A DNA stretch of 64,000 nt from Lama guanicoe (Eukaryota), in contig MU054693.1 of assembly GCA_013239625.1 (NCBI GenBank), positions 11,430,174 to 11,494,173 on the forward strand. Direction: 5' to 3'. The notes below the pieces were generated by a model. That model made no database searches, was not told the origin of the DNA, and worked only from the letters and a program-made list of their open reading frames with translations. Below are positions 38,575-49,698 of this stretch, one piece after another; the stretch's first letter is position 1; each line of letters starts with the position of its first letter. The translations under genes and the position numbers were made by a program.

Positions 38575-39720
38575 GATTCACAGATTCATGCATGGATGTT
38601 TTTATTCATTTATGCATGTAAGCATTCGTCTATTCCTGGATTAATTTGCATCGTAGGCTCCCAAGATATATTTGAATGCATAAGTACACCAATTCATTTA
38701 TTCATCCATGCACGAAGTCATTTATCCATGCATCCATGCAACTTTGATACACTCCTTCACTTATGGGTTCTCAAAAGTATTCATTAATCTGTTCAACAAA
38801 TTGCCATTTAAAACTTACCATACAAGATAGCACTGAATTAATCTGTGTGGAACAGAAATGATTCCCTGTCTGCATGGAATGCACACTTAAGCGGAGAGGA
38901 AATAAAACATGAGCATAAAAAGGCTAAGTATTAGATCAACTAACAAAATGTGTTGCAACTAAAGGATTGTGGGAGCTAGCAAGCAGGGAGGATTTATTTC
39001 CATTCGGGGTAGAGATATGGTGAGTAGGAAGCGTATTTTTCAGGAGAAGTTTGACCTTTAAGCTGAAGCATAACAAGTGGACAGAATTTGGACAGGATCA
39101 GCGAGGACAAGGGAACCAAATGTGTACATGCAATGAGTTGAGAAAACACAATGGGTCTGCAGAAGAACATGCTGAGGAGTAAGGGGAGGCTCTGTACGGC
39201 TGGAGTCCAGGGACTAGAGAGACACTGGATACTAACAGAGACTGAATGGCAAGACAGAGTCAGATCATCAGGGTCCTTAAATGCCAAGCTAAGGATTTGG
39301 GACTTGATCCTGTAGGTGGTAGTGAGCTGCTGAAGGATATCAGAGAGAAATTATACCATCAGAAATGGGTTTAAGGGGGTTTACTTTGGCTGTCATGCAC
39401 AAAGAGGCAGGAAGAATAGCTAAGAAGTTATTAAGGGGAAAGATATTGAGAGCCAGACCTGGAGCCTTGAAAGAAGAGATGTGTCAGGGAGAGAGATTTG
39501 GAAGATGTTTGGATAGGACTTGGAAGTCTGGTCATAGAAAGAGTCAGGGGAAGGATAGGGAGGTGTCTCTGGGGCTTCTAATCCAGGAGATGGTGGTGCC
39601 TTTTGAACACGATGAGGGACTAGAGGAAGAGGAGCTGGGCTGGGAAGGAAGATGAGGAGATAGAGCTGGACCTGGTTTGTTTGCTGTGATTTTCAGGATG
39701 CTGGCAAAGCCCTTGAAAGC
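38575..39720 (-). mobile_element. L2 (L2b/c-like) fragment with expanded (attc/atgc)n tail
   Basis: 'agatcatcagggtccttaaatgccaagctaaggatttgggacttgatcctgtaggtggtagtgagctgctgaagg'. Confidence 0.75.
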
Positions 39721-41287
39721 AGAGGCAAGTAACTTCGGAGTCTGTGTGAGCTGGCACACCGGAGAGGCCCTCCTGCCTCCCCACCATCCCCAACAGCCTC
39801 AACTCCTCTCACCACCAACTCTGAGTACAATCTCCAGGAAACCATCAAGAGAGGCCACTGGTTACTGGTGGGAGGAGAACAGGGCTGGTGAGGGGAAGGG
39901 GAGAATTACTCACAAAGTGACTCCTCAAGCTTGCCTGTTTCCAGTGCATCTCCTCAACCTTGGCCTGAGCTAACGAACCTCAGAGAGCAAAGCTGTCTTT
40001 TGCTTGTTTGTCATTTTGAGGTTTTCTGGTTGATTAAGATCTATGCCAGCAGGAGGGTATAAAATGACCAGCAATTCTTAGTTTGAGGATCAGAGGGCAT
40101 TGTCATCTCCTCCTGACAAAATGCTGAGCTTAATATAAAAATGTTGTCTCATCCACTTTAGATGAGAGNNNNNNNNNNNNNNNNNNNNNNNNNNNNNNNN
40201 NNNNNNNNNNNNNNNNNNNNNNNNNNNNNNNNNNNNNNNNNNNNNNNNNNNNNNNNNNNNNNNNNNNNNNNNNNNNNNNNNNNNNNNNNNNNNNNNNNNN
40301 NNNNNNNNNNNNNNNNNNNNNNNNNNNNNNNNNNNNNNNNNNNNNNAGGCCAAGGGAAGGAAACAAGAGAAAAAGGGAGCTCTTAGTGGGTATCACTTTG
40401 AGGCTTACTTTTCCTCATCCAACCCTGGCCTCTCTTTCTCCAGGGGCCATTTTGTCAACCCCCACCAAAGTCTAACCTACATCCTTGAAACCCCTAACTC
40501 TTGCTGGAGAAAGAATGCAGCCTTCAGAGTTTCTATCTTCTGGGAGAATGTAATTATCTAAACTGGCGTGGACCCAGAATTCAGCTCCCCCATGAGAAGG
40601 ATTTCTCATGAAAGATTAAGTGGTAAAACACGTTTGTCAACAGCACTCCTAGCTCGAGTAGTTCTGAGCAAACAAGAAGGTGGCAACAGTTCCTCTTTCC
40701 AGTCTGGAAACTCCCTGGGTCTCCTTCCACCCCAGGTGGCACAGAGATCTTGGATTTGTTCAGGTGTCTTATCTTGGAAGCCAGTAGACAGGTGAAGGGG
40801 ACAACAGGTTTATCTGTGGTGAGTGTTGAGGGAATGGGAGCCAGGGAAGCAGCTGGGCGGCAGACAGCCCTGTGAGGCTGGCTGTTTCAGGCGCGCTGCA
40901 CTGGCCACCAGGTCTGCTAAGTCAGGGCCTCTTTGCTGTTTCCTGGAACCCTCTGTCTCTGCCGGCATGGCAACACTGCCCTCTGCTGGAGAAGCACAGC
41001 TATCGCGTCCCCACCAGAGAGCTGATGGCCAAGGACAATGGAATATGGTGGGGAGAAGAAAGGCTTGACAACTCATCAACCTCTAGAGTCAGCTCTTATG
41101 TGGCTAGAATGTCAAGAGTCCCCATCTCTGATGTCAGCCTTGACCCAGCGATGTGGAATTAGACAGACAGCTCTGCCAAGCACTTGCTCTGTGACCCTGG
41201 GCATGCTTCACCTTTCTGAGATTCAGAACAAAGAGAAAGCCACCTATGTTATGGGGCTATGGTGAATATGAAATGAATAGTATCTCT

Positions 41288-41405
41288 TCTGCTACCATAC
41301 ATCCCAGTTTCCCCAGGATGGTCTCAGTTTATGCCTCTGGTCCTGATGTAATTACCAATAGTGCCCTTTCTCATTCTTTGGATGATAAACGATATAGTCA
41401 GCCTG
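41288..41405. mobile_element. MER94-like hAT-Blackjack MITE
   Basis: 'ccatacatcccagtttccccaggatggtctcagtttatgcct...gtaattaccaatagtgcccttt'. Confidence 0.6.
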
Positions 41406-41895
41406 TCCAAAGTACAGGGCACCCTGCTGGGTGTGGTAGTTACTTGACGAATCCTAGTTTTTCTCTTCTTTATTAGGTTGCTAGTCTTCTACTGTGAATG
41501 CTTACATCCATTTTTAAAGGGACAGGTGACGCAGTTTTCTTTTTCCTTCTTTCTATGGGACAAAGTGGACACTAGTTTTCCTGCGTTCAACTAAGAAAAC
41601 AGTACTGCAATGTTAAGAAAAATCAATGATGAAGGGGCTAGTAGACATAGACAAACCAAGGCAACAACATTTGGGAATATCATAAGAAAGCCCCTACACC
41701 TTATCACTGCCTCTTGAAGAAGAAATGTTTTACCTTCTTTGCAGGGCAGCGGCAAGACCCAAATGCGTCAATCGGTATGAAAATGAGGTACTAGACATTA
41801 CCTTATTTTCAACGGATAGCAACTATCCACAGTTGGAAAAATAACTAGAAGAAAAAAATGCAAAACTGCAGCATGTATAGGCACATAGCTCTCTC

Positions 41896-42170
41896 GTCAG
41901 GGCCGTGCATTTAAGGGCAAGGGGAAAGGAGGACAATCACACAACCAGTAAGTGACAGTGGCAGAATTAGAACCCTGGCTAGTGGAGGGGAAAGGTGCTG
42001 ATGGAAGCTTAATGTTGGTGTGATCAGGGGATGGAGCTTTCTGGAGCTTGGTTTCCAGATGTTGGCTTAAATCAGGAGCTTTTAAGTTGTGTTCTGCAGA
42101 ATCACAGGGGTTCCCTTGGAGGACCCCCCCACACACCAACCATGAGGTTCTGGTTGCATGTATCTATTTC
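41896..42170 (-). repeat. Left arm of a long inverted repeat (inverted copy of 43125-43405)
   Basis: Base-by-base comparison: 41903-42127 is the exact reverse complement of 43174-43398 (225 bp); differences occur only at the edges. Confidence 0.98.
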
Positions 42171-42409
42171 TTCCAAGCCTGAGAAATGCAGGGAATTATT
42201 AAAATGTCTACCACCATGATAACTCAAATCAATCGGCAACAGTGGTCAAATTTTGTTGCATCAACATCCCTGATGGGAAGCTGGCACCAATGCCAGGGTG
42301 GCAGCTGATCTGCATGTCTATTTACATAAATTTGCATTGGCACGATGTTAAAAAATAAATGCTGATTATTACGGAAAGTGGCTCTCCCCCAGACTAAGTC
42401 ATCTCAACA

Positions 42410-42640
42410 GCGCAGCAGTGAAGAGCACAGGCCCTGCAATCTGGCTGTTACTTTCTATTTGCATGACCTTGAATAGGTTATGATCTTGTTATATTGTTTC
42501 TTATCTGGAACTGGGAATAATAAGAACACCACCTACTACAGAGGGGTGGTGCAAAGACTGAGTGAGTTCATGTGTATGAAGGACTTAGGGCAGTGCCTGG
42601 CCTATTAAGGGCTCAGATATCAGCTACTGTTATTATAGTA
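42410..42640 (+). mobile_element. MIR SINE (within the IR spacer)
   Basis: 'gtgaagagcacaggcc...gcatgaccttgaataggtta...gtttcttatctggaactgggaataataa...cagtgcctggc'. Confidence 0.75.
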
Positions 42641-42753
42641 GAGCCTGTTTTGTCTCCCACCACCGACCTTTGTAACAAGGCCTCTGTTTTCTTCCATCTG
42701 TAAATCATACAAGTTGGAAATTTGGACCTGGGAGGGAATCTCAGAACATCTAA

Positions 42754-43228
42754 TCGGTCACTTTCAAACTTTTATTTTATTCCTTTTAAAATAACCATGG
42801 AACACGTTTTGAAAATGAAAGCTTATGTGGAAACCCAGCATGGGGGGCCATATAGCATTGTGGTTAAGAAAATGTGCTTTGCAGACAGACAGGTCTGATT
42901 TCCAGTTCCGGCAGAGCTGCCTATTAGCCTTGTGACTCAGGGCAAATGATTTACCTTGGCTTTAAGCCTCCATTTCACAAAGTGTAAAATAGCAGTAGTA
43001 ATTGTAAATATTTCATAAGGTTATTATGAAGCTAAATGACTTCATACCTATTGAGTGTTTAGTGCAATGCCTGGCACATGATAAGGACCCAATAATTATG
43101 TTAACTCTTGAGATTTTAATATTTGAAATAGATACAAGCCGAGCCAGAGAACCAGAACCTCATGGTTGGTGGTGGGGTCCTCCAAGGGAACCCCTGTGAT
43201 TCTGCAGAACACAACTTAAAAGCTCCTG
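42754..43228 (+). mobile_element. MER117-like hAT-Charlie element split by a MIR; its 3' part lies in the right IR arm
   Basis: 5' part 'ctttcaaactttt...catggaacacgttttgaaaatgaaagcttatgtggaaacccag'; 3' part 'gaaatagatacaagccgagc...cccctgtgattctgcagaacacaacttaaaagctcctg'; loose TSD-like flanks atctaatc/atttaagc. Confidence 0.55.
42845..43105 (+). mobile_element. MIR SINE (within the IR spacer)
   Basis: 'tatagcattgtggttaagaaaatgtgctttgcagacagacagg...gtgcaatgcctggcacatgataag'. Confidence 0.8.
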
Positions 43229-43405
43229 ATTTAAGCCAACATCTGGAAACCAAGCTCCAGAAAGCTCCATCCCCTGATCACACCAACATTAAGCTTCCAT
43301 CAGCACCTTTCCCCTCCACTAGCCAGGGTTCTAATTCTGCCACTGTCACTTACTGGTTGTGTGATTGTCCTCCTTTCCCCTTGCCCTTAAATGCACGGTC
43401 CTGAC
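43125..43405 (+). repeat. Right arm of the long inverted repeat (probable ancestral copy)
   Basis: Reverse complement of 41896-42170; contiguous with the MER117-like element that begins in the spacer. Confidence 0.98.
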
Positions 43406-44039
43406 ACAGCCTTTTTGGTTTAAACACCTTTTTCCAGACCCTATTAAGCTAAGCAAAAGTGTGGCATCCCCTGCAGTTGGCTCCCAATGGGGCAAAAGTG
43501 TCCTGAACTTGCACTTCTAACATCTCCTGCTCCCTTCCGGAGCCTTCAACAGCTCACAGCCAGAGGGGAAATGAGTCATTTTGTTAAAAATAAAAACACT
43601 ACCATCTTCTCTCTAATGGCTTTGTTCATGACCAGTGCAGGCTGGCACTGATGTGCATTCCGAGCAGCCAGGGACAGCCAGTGGGCAGCCCGGGAAGCTG
43701 GCCTACCTGAAACCACAGCTCTCTCATCGCCTCCGCTTTGCTGAATCTCCAGGATCCAGCCATCCCTACCTTGGCTGGGATGTGAGTGATGTGGGGGCAT
43801 GGATGACCTTAGCATGGGGTGGGCAGAATGGCTAGGTTCCAGAAGAGAAAGGCAGTGCTGGACCCAGGAGTCATTCAGTTAAGGGATAGAGGTTAACATT
43901 CATAGCCCACAAAGAGCTGGTCCAACCTCTTTGTGTTGCTGAGACCCAGAAATGGAAGAGCCTTATCTAGGATGACTTAGCTGAGAGTGGGAGAAGCCAG
44001 ACAAGGATTCAGGGCTCCTGTCTATAGCAATTAAAACTA

Positions 44040-44290
44040 CTGCTGCTACTAGTGCTCTTACTTCTATCTGCTGTTCAAAGCATCAGGCTAAATGCTTGAC
44101 GTTCATTGCCTGATTCAGTCCTCAAAACAATTCTGGGAAGGAGGGACTCTTACTCTCATCATGCGGATGAGAAAACTGAAGGTTTAGAGAGGTTAAGTTA
44201 CTTGCCTGAGCTGCACCAGCTAGTATGTGATGAAGAAGTGTGTGTGAAGTAGGTTCATTTGAGTTCAGAGCCTGGATCCCCAAGCACTGA
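44040..44290 (-). mobile_element. MIR SINE
   Basis: 'cagtcctcaaaacaattctgggaagg...gatgagaaaactgaaggtttagagaggttaagttacttgcctgag'. Confidence 0.8.
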
Positions 44291-44786
44291 GTCATCAGAG
44301 TTTGGGTAGTGGATGGGAATTGTGTTTCTTTGCCTGTGTGTGTGCTGAAAGAGCAGGGACCACATCTTGTCCATTGTTCAGTCCTCAGTGCTTATCACGG
44401 TGCCTACACGGGAACAGACACCCCAAGTTGAGTTCACGTGTGTTTGTTCCATTAGGGCCTGGGATTTTTTTTTTTTTCTGTCTTACTAATTGAGGATATC
44501 AGTGACTGCTATACACCGCTGGTCTAGACAACTTCCTCTGGCCGTTTTGGGTAGCCTCTCTCTTCTCTCTCCATCAGATACTTGACTTATGCTCAGGCTT
44601 GTGAGAGGCAATAAATGTTAAGGCTGAATTGGAAGTTAATGAAGCCATCACTGTAGTCTCAGTTCCATTATGTGACTTTGGAGAAGGCACTCATCTTCTA
44701 GGAACCTTGATGTTCTCAGCTGGAAGGAAACCAGATGGTTTGCAAGGACTTTACCCAGCAGAGCTTCATATAGGCACGGTGTGGAG

Positions 44787-44970
44787 CAATGCTTCTCAGC
44801 TCAACATGACTGACATTTTGATCAGGACCATTCTCTGTTGGGAGGTCCTGTCCTGTGATTTGCAGGAAACTTAGCAGCATTTTCATCCTCTACCCACTGT
44901 ATGCTAGTAGCTCTTCCCCAGTGTGACAAATGAAAATGTCTCCAGACGTTGCCAAATATCTCCTAGGGAG
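44787..44970. mobile_element. MER20 hAT-Charlie MITE
   Basis: 'tgacattttgatcaggaccattctctgttggg...ctgtcctgtg...cctctacccact...gtgacaaatgaaaatgtctccagacgttgccaaat'. Confidence 0.85.
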
Positions 44971-45711
44971 GAAAGGAACAAAACCTCTGATGTGAAGTGA
45001 CCCAGGCTGTCCCCAGCATCATCTATCTCAGTGTCCTTTGGTAAGTCCTGTGGCCTCTCTGAGTCTGACCCCTCACCTGCAAAAAAGGAGGGTGTTGTCC
45101 TTTTGTCCAGGATGACTGAGCCATGAATGTGCTCCAGCTGTGATCCTGTCCTACCTGTGCCACAGAGGGAGGTAATGATGAGTTGAGAAAACTTGATGCT
45201 ACGTGCTTTGGTGCAGGTATGTGACTGTTAGAATCCATTATGTAGAGAGAGTATTGTGTTTGCTGGATTTGTAAAACCTCACAATCATATTTTCAACTCA
45301 AGGAAAATCATGTTTACCCCATTTCAAACCTTCCACCAACCCTGGATGCCCACACTCCAAGATCTTGTCATATCAGGTTTTTCATGATCCAATCCCTAAA
45401 TCCCCAATTCTTCAGGTAATCTTGTGCCATCTTTTTACTCTGAAAAGCTACCACCTCTGACAGGAATACCCTTCTCTCTATCATGCATGAGAAACTCTAG
45501 ATTTATCAATCCAAAACTGAGGTTAGATACCACCTTTTCCAGGAAGTCTTCCCAAATCCCCTGTGTATACATTTAACTTCTAGGTCTTTCTTATATAGCA
45601 TGGTGGCTGCCACACGTGAGACTCAGATATGAAGCATCACGTCTGTAGGCTTCAAGGTTTTCATCTGTGTAATTGGTTCTGTTTCCCTTGAAAACCTTGA
45701 CTGTTATATTC

Positions 45712-45712
<1 letters not shown>

Positions 45713-45753
<41 letters not shown>
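45713..45753. repeat. (CAT)~13 microsatellite
   Basis: Seen directly. Confidence 0.95.
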
Positions 45754-45754
<1 letters not shown>

Positions 45755-46719
45755 CTGTTGTTCATACGCCAGAAGCTTTATTGGACTCTGGGATCAGACA
45801 CCATTTCTCAGTAAGAGCCAGAGGCCTTGGTTCTGCCTCTTTCTGCTCCGGGACCACAAACTCCTTTTAGGAAGTGAATGTGATATGCCACCTCCCCCTG
45901 CCTCCCAGGGACCTGCTAAGTGTCTCCAGTGAGGTAAAAGGTGTAGGAGTCCTTCGCAGTGTCAGAAATCACCATCCTTATAAGAGATTGTTATTTCAGA
46001 ATTAGCAGGAAGGTCACCAGTTCTGTAGATGTTAAGCATTCCAGAAGCAGGATTTTGTGTTTGTCCACTGCTATATGCTCTGTGTCCCGAGCAGTGTCTT
46101 GTCGGATAAATAAATGAAAGGCCTTACTTTTCTGGCTGTTGGCTCGGAAAGCCAGGATAACATATATCCATGTTCACATTGAATACATAGATACACATGC
46201 CATCATGTAAGGAATTCCAAACCTCAGAGAATGATTTTTCTCTGAAATCTTCTGGAGTTTTCAAATTTCCTTTGAGGAGCAGGTCACCCTCTCTCTTCTT
46301 CTCCTCCCTCTTTTTCTAACTTTTCTTGAAAAATCTCAAGTCTCTGGAGAATGCAATTTGAAAACAATTGGCCATAAATATTTTGAGTAAAAGTTTGGTG
46401 TTGGAAGAGCACTGTACAAGGAGTCTGAAGGTTTTAGCTTAGCCTTCTTTCTGCCTCTGACTCAGTGTGACACATCTGACCAGGCACTTCCCTTTCCTAT
46501 GCCTCAGTTTTCCCATCTCTAAAGTGGGTGAGATGGAATTTCTTTGAGTGGTCCAATCAGAGGTGCTCATCTCAAACAAGTGAAGGAGGCACTCACTTAA
46601 TCCATCTGTTTCTTCCTCCTTTTGCTAAATCCCTTTTATATTAATTTTTGTTTTATCTCTTTCTTCTTGAAGAGAGCGAGGGCCCAAGGGGGACCCAGTG
46701 ACATGTATCCATGTGACAG

Positions 46720-46870
46720 AGCTTCAGCTGCAGCACCTGAGCAACTTTATGGGGTTACTGTGGCAACCTGAGCTCTCGAATGGGGAAATTAGGTCTCTGC
46801 ATGACCTGATCATAAATGACAGGGGAGAAAACAAAAGACGCATAGTTGTAACAGCAGCTGGGACCCCACG
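46720..46870. promoter_or_regulatory. Candidate enhancer: RFX X-box plus E-box cluster
   Basis: GTTACTGTGGCAAC (46754-46767) resembles the palindromic X-box GTTGCCATGGCAAC; CAGCTG/CACCTG at 46725-46739 and CAGCTG at 46855-46860; non-repeat sequence. Confidence 0.35.
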
Positions 46871-47474
46871 TTTGGCTTGAGCCGGGTGGAGGCACAGTGC
46901 CGGCGGCTGTGTTCCAGGCACTTAAAAGAAATATCAGCATCTATTTGCCAACTAATTACAGAATATCATTCACACATCATCCGGCCAGAACCTGCTCTCT
47001 GGTCCTCACAGGACCCTGACTGATAAACAGCCTTTTTTTTCCCTCTTCTCATTATCCCAGTAATATTGGATGAACATCTTATAACTTTTCTTGGCATAAG
47101 CTTGGCTGTGATGGGACTTGCTTTGTCAAGATGCTCTCTTCTGCCACAAAAATGTACACCTCTCCTCTTTGCCTGATGTTCTGACTCAGGTTTTCCAGCT
47201 TACTTTTGCCTGTGTCCTGCATGGTGTCAGGGAGCTGGAAAACCTACCTTCAGTTCTTGCTTCTGTCATTTCCTCCTGGACTAATCTTTGACGACTTCTC
47301 TGAGTGTTGGTTTTCATGTCCAATATGACTTCTCAGTCAAGTTCCCAGGTTGTGAGAAAATCAAACTATCCCATGCATTTTAAAGTACACTTCAGGGTAC
47401 AAAAATATCACACAGACGTTAGTATTTTTGTGGTTGAAATGACTGTTTACACTTTACAGACTTTTCACTTCCAT

Positions 47475-47725
47475 AATCATTTCCCAAATTGGGTATAAGG
47501 GAAGTCTAGTTCTATGAAATGATAATAAATATGCTCTAGGGGAAAAAAAAGTTAAGGGTTCACAGAATAAATAAAATTGAATTTTCAATTATGTACGTTT
47601 CTTTGTGCAGACCTTCTCAGTGCCTTACGCTCGAAATGTTATCTGACCCCTAGAAACCTTTTTTCCCCCTCAGGAATCACTTATTATCATATCTGGAACT
47701 AGTTTAGCAGAAAGTAAAATTTAAG
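47475..47725. mobile_element. MER112/MER113-like hAT-Charlie fragment
   Basis: 'tttcccaaattgg...ctagttctatgaaatg...gcagaccttctcagtgcctt...gaaaccttttttcccc'. Confidence 0.45.
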
Positions 47726-48338
47726 AATTACTGAACACACTGTCTTCTATTAAGAAAAGTACATTATAATAACTGTTTTTAAAACTGATTAATACCAGCA
47801 TATCTAAGAAAGTCAGACAGAGAAATTAGGTCACTTCAGTTTTTTCTTGGCTCTGTAGTTGTTTTTCTTTGTATGTTTCTCTCCCCTCCCCCTCTGTCTC
47901 TCTGCCCCCCACACCGCGTTTAAATCACTTGGTAACTTGCCATAAATACAAATTTTCATGCCCCTCCCCAGATCTACTGAATCAGAATCTCTTCAGTGGA
48001 GTTCAGCAAAAAGTGATTCTGATGGACACTAAAGTTTCACTTTAAATCACCGATTTAGTTACCTTTTTTTTTTTTTTTGATTTAGTTACTTTTTCAGAGT
48101 GCTTTTTTTCAATTCTCAGTGTCCCTATTTGGACTATGAATTATATGATCACCTTAAATATGGCTATTTTAGCTACCCTATGTTGGTTAAAATATTTTGA
48201 TAAATAATCCCATCCCTTTTGATAGACAGCAGCTGCACACTCACATGTGCATGCACACACACGCACACACACACATACACACCCATACAGTCCAACCCTG
48301 GACAAATAGACATACCAGCTACTGAAGAATTAATGCTG

Positions 48339-48586
48339 CTGATTAGCAGATATAAACTACTGTATGTAAAATAGATAAACAACAAGGTCCTACTGTATAG
48401 CACAGTAAACTAAATTCATTATCCTGCAATAAAGTATAATGGAAAAGAATATGAAAAAGGATATATTTATATATACACACATATATATGTATAACTGAAT
48501 CACTGTGCTGTACACCAGAAACTAACACACCATTGTAAATTAACTATACCTCAATAAAAAGAAAAGAACAAACTAGGGGGGAAAAA
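48339..48586 (+). mobile_element. Cetartiodactyl-type L1 3' end with a 14-bp TSD
   Basis: 'gattagcagatataaactac...aacaaggtcctactgtatagcacag...ataactgaatcactgtgctgtacaccagaaactaacac...tcaataaaaa'; TSD aagaattaatgctg (48325-48338) / aagaattaacgccg (48587-48600). Confidence 0.92.
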
Positions 48587-48632
48587 AAGAATTAACGCCG
48601 AGCACAGCAGAGCATCCAGATCCTTGTTTCAA

Positions 48633-48653
48633 CGCAACACCATGGACAGAGTC
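48633..48653 (+). promoter_or_regulatory. Candidate RE1/NRSE (REST) site
   Basis: cgCAaCACCATGGACAGagtc versus consensus TTCAGCACCACGGACAGCGCC; canonical spacing, imperfect left half. Confidence 0.35.
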
Positions 48654-48829
48654 CTTTCTGAAGGATCAGTGCCCTTATTATGATGATTAAATGATAATTG
48701 TGTCAAGTACTTAGCACAGTATCTACTATACAGGAAGAACTCAATAAGTAGCAGCTCTTGATATTTATTTCCTTCTTTTTCTGGCACCTTCTCTGTGTCA
48801 GAAACTGTGGTGGATTCTGGGCACTAAAA

Positions 48830-49420
48830 AATGAAGCAGAGAGACTTGACCCTCCCCCACAAAAGACCTTATGGTCTAATTGCAGATACTGACTGCACAC
48901 AGTTACGATCCAAGGTGATAAGTGCTGTGGCTGGACAGGCAGGATGGTGTAGCAGCACAGGGTCAATTTATCACCTGGGCAGTGGTGGACAGCAGTCAGG
49001 GTGGGGAATAGACATTCTCTAGGCGAAGCAAGGGCATGTGGAAAAGTCCAGGAGATGAGAAAGAGTGTGGCTACTTTGGAAACTGCAAGCAGCTCAGATT
49101 GGCTGGAGTTCATAGTTACAGCTGGGAAAAAATGGGGAATAATGCTGATGGTAAGAGATGAGTCTGAAGATGTTGGAGGGGGCCTAGTCATCAAGAGGTT
49201 TTTGAGCCATGTTGGAAAGTTTGAAAATCATTTTGAGGGCAATGGGAAGCCATGGAAATGGAAGGGTGTTCAGCAGAGGAGTAGCATGTTTAAATTAGTT
49301 TATTATGAACCTCATTGTGACTATTGCTTGTGCACATGAGTGAATGAAAGAGGAACAGAGCTCTGAAGTCACTCCAGTCGTAACTGGTGGTGTCCTGGAT
49401 GAGGAAAGTGGAGTCAGCAT
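48830..49420 (-). mobile_element. L2 LINE fragment
   Basis: 'gagccatgttggaaagtttgaaaatcattttgagggcaatgggaagccatgg...gttcagcagaggagtagcatg'. Confidence 0.7.
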
Positions 49421-49698
49421 CAAATGGTATATCTGATTGAATTTTGCTTCCAAGTTATAAAGTAAAATATTGATTGTTTTCTCTCTCACTATACATCATT
49501 AAGTTTTGTTTTGGAAAATAAAATGATCACAATATTATCTGGGTGTTTGGATCCTTAGATGAGTTCTGGTTCTTGCTATCTTTATTGTTCAGACCTTACA
49601 CCTCATTGTAGATTTCTAGTAAGTGAGACATTTATTAGTCCATCTAACTATCTAGTATCCATATATTATATTACTGCTAATAAAATTATAGTAATATT

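Noticed and set aside
43162-43404. Pair of near-identical 80-aa ORFs (43162-43404 + and 41897-42139 -) suggesting duplicated genes
   Set aside because: A by-product of the DNA inverted repeat; the ORFs run through MER117/MIR-derived sequence, and the left copy's ATG is out of frame because of the 4-nt indel.
41896-43405. Inverted arms as TIRs of a DNA transposon or foldback element
   Set aside because: No target-site duplication outside the arms, no transposase remnant, and the right arm is colinear with ancient repeats in the spacer.
48703-49339. 163-aa and 112-aa overlapping ORFs
   Set aside because: Both lie within degenerate L2/MIR sequence with no coding signature.
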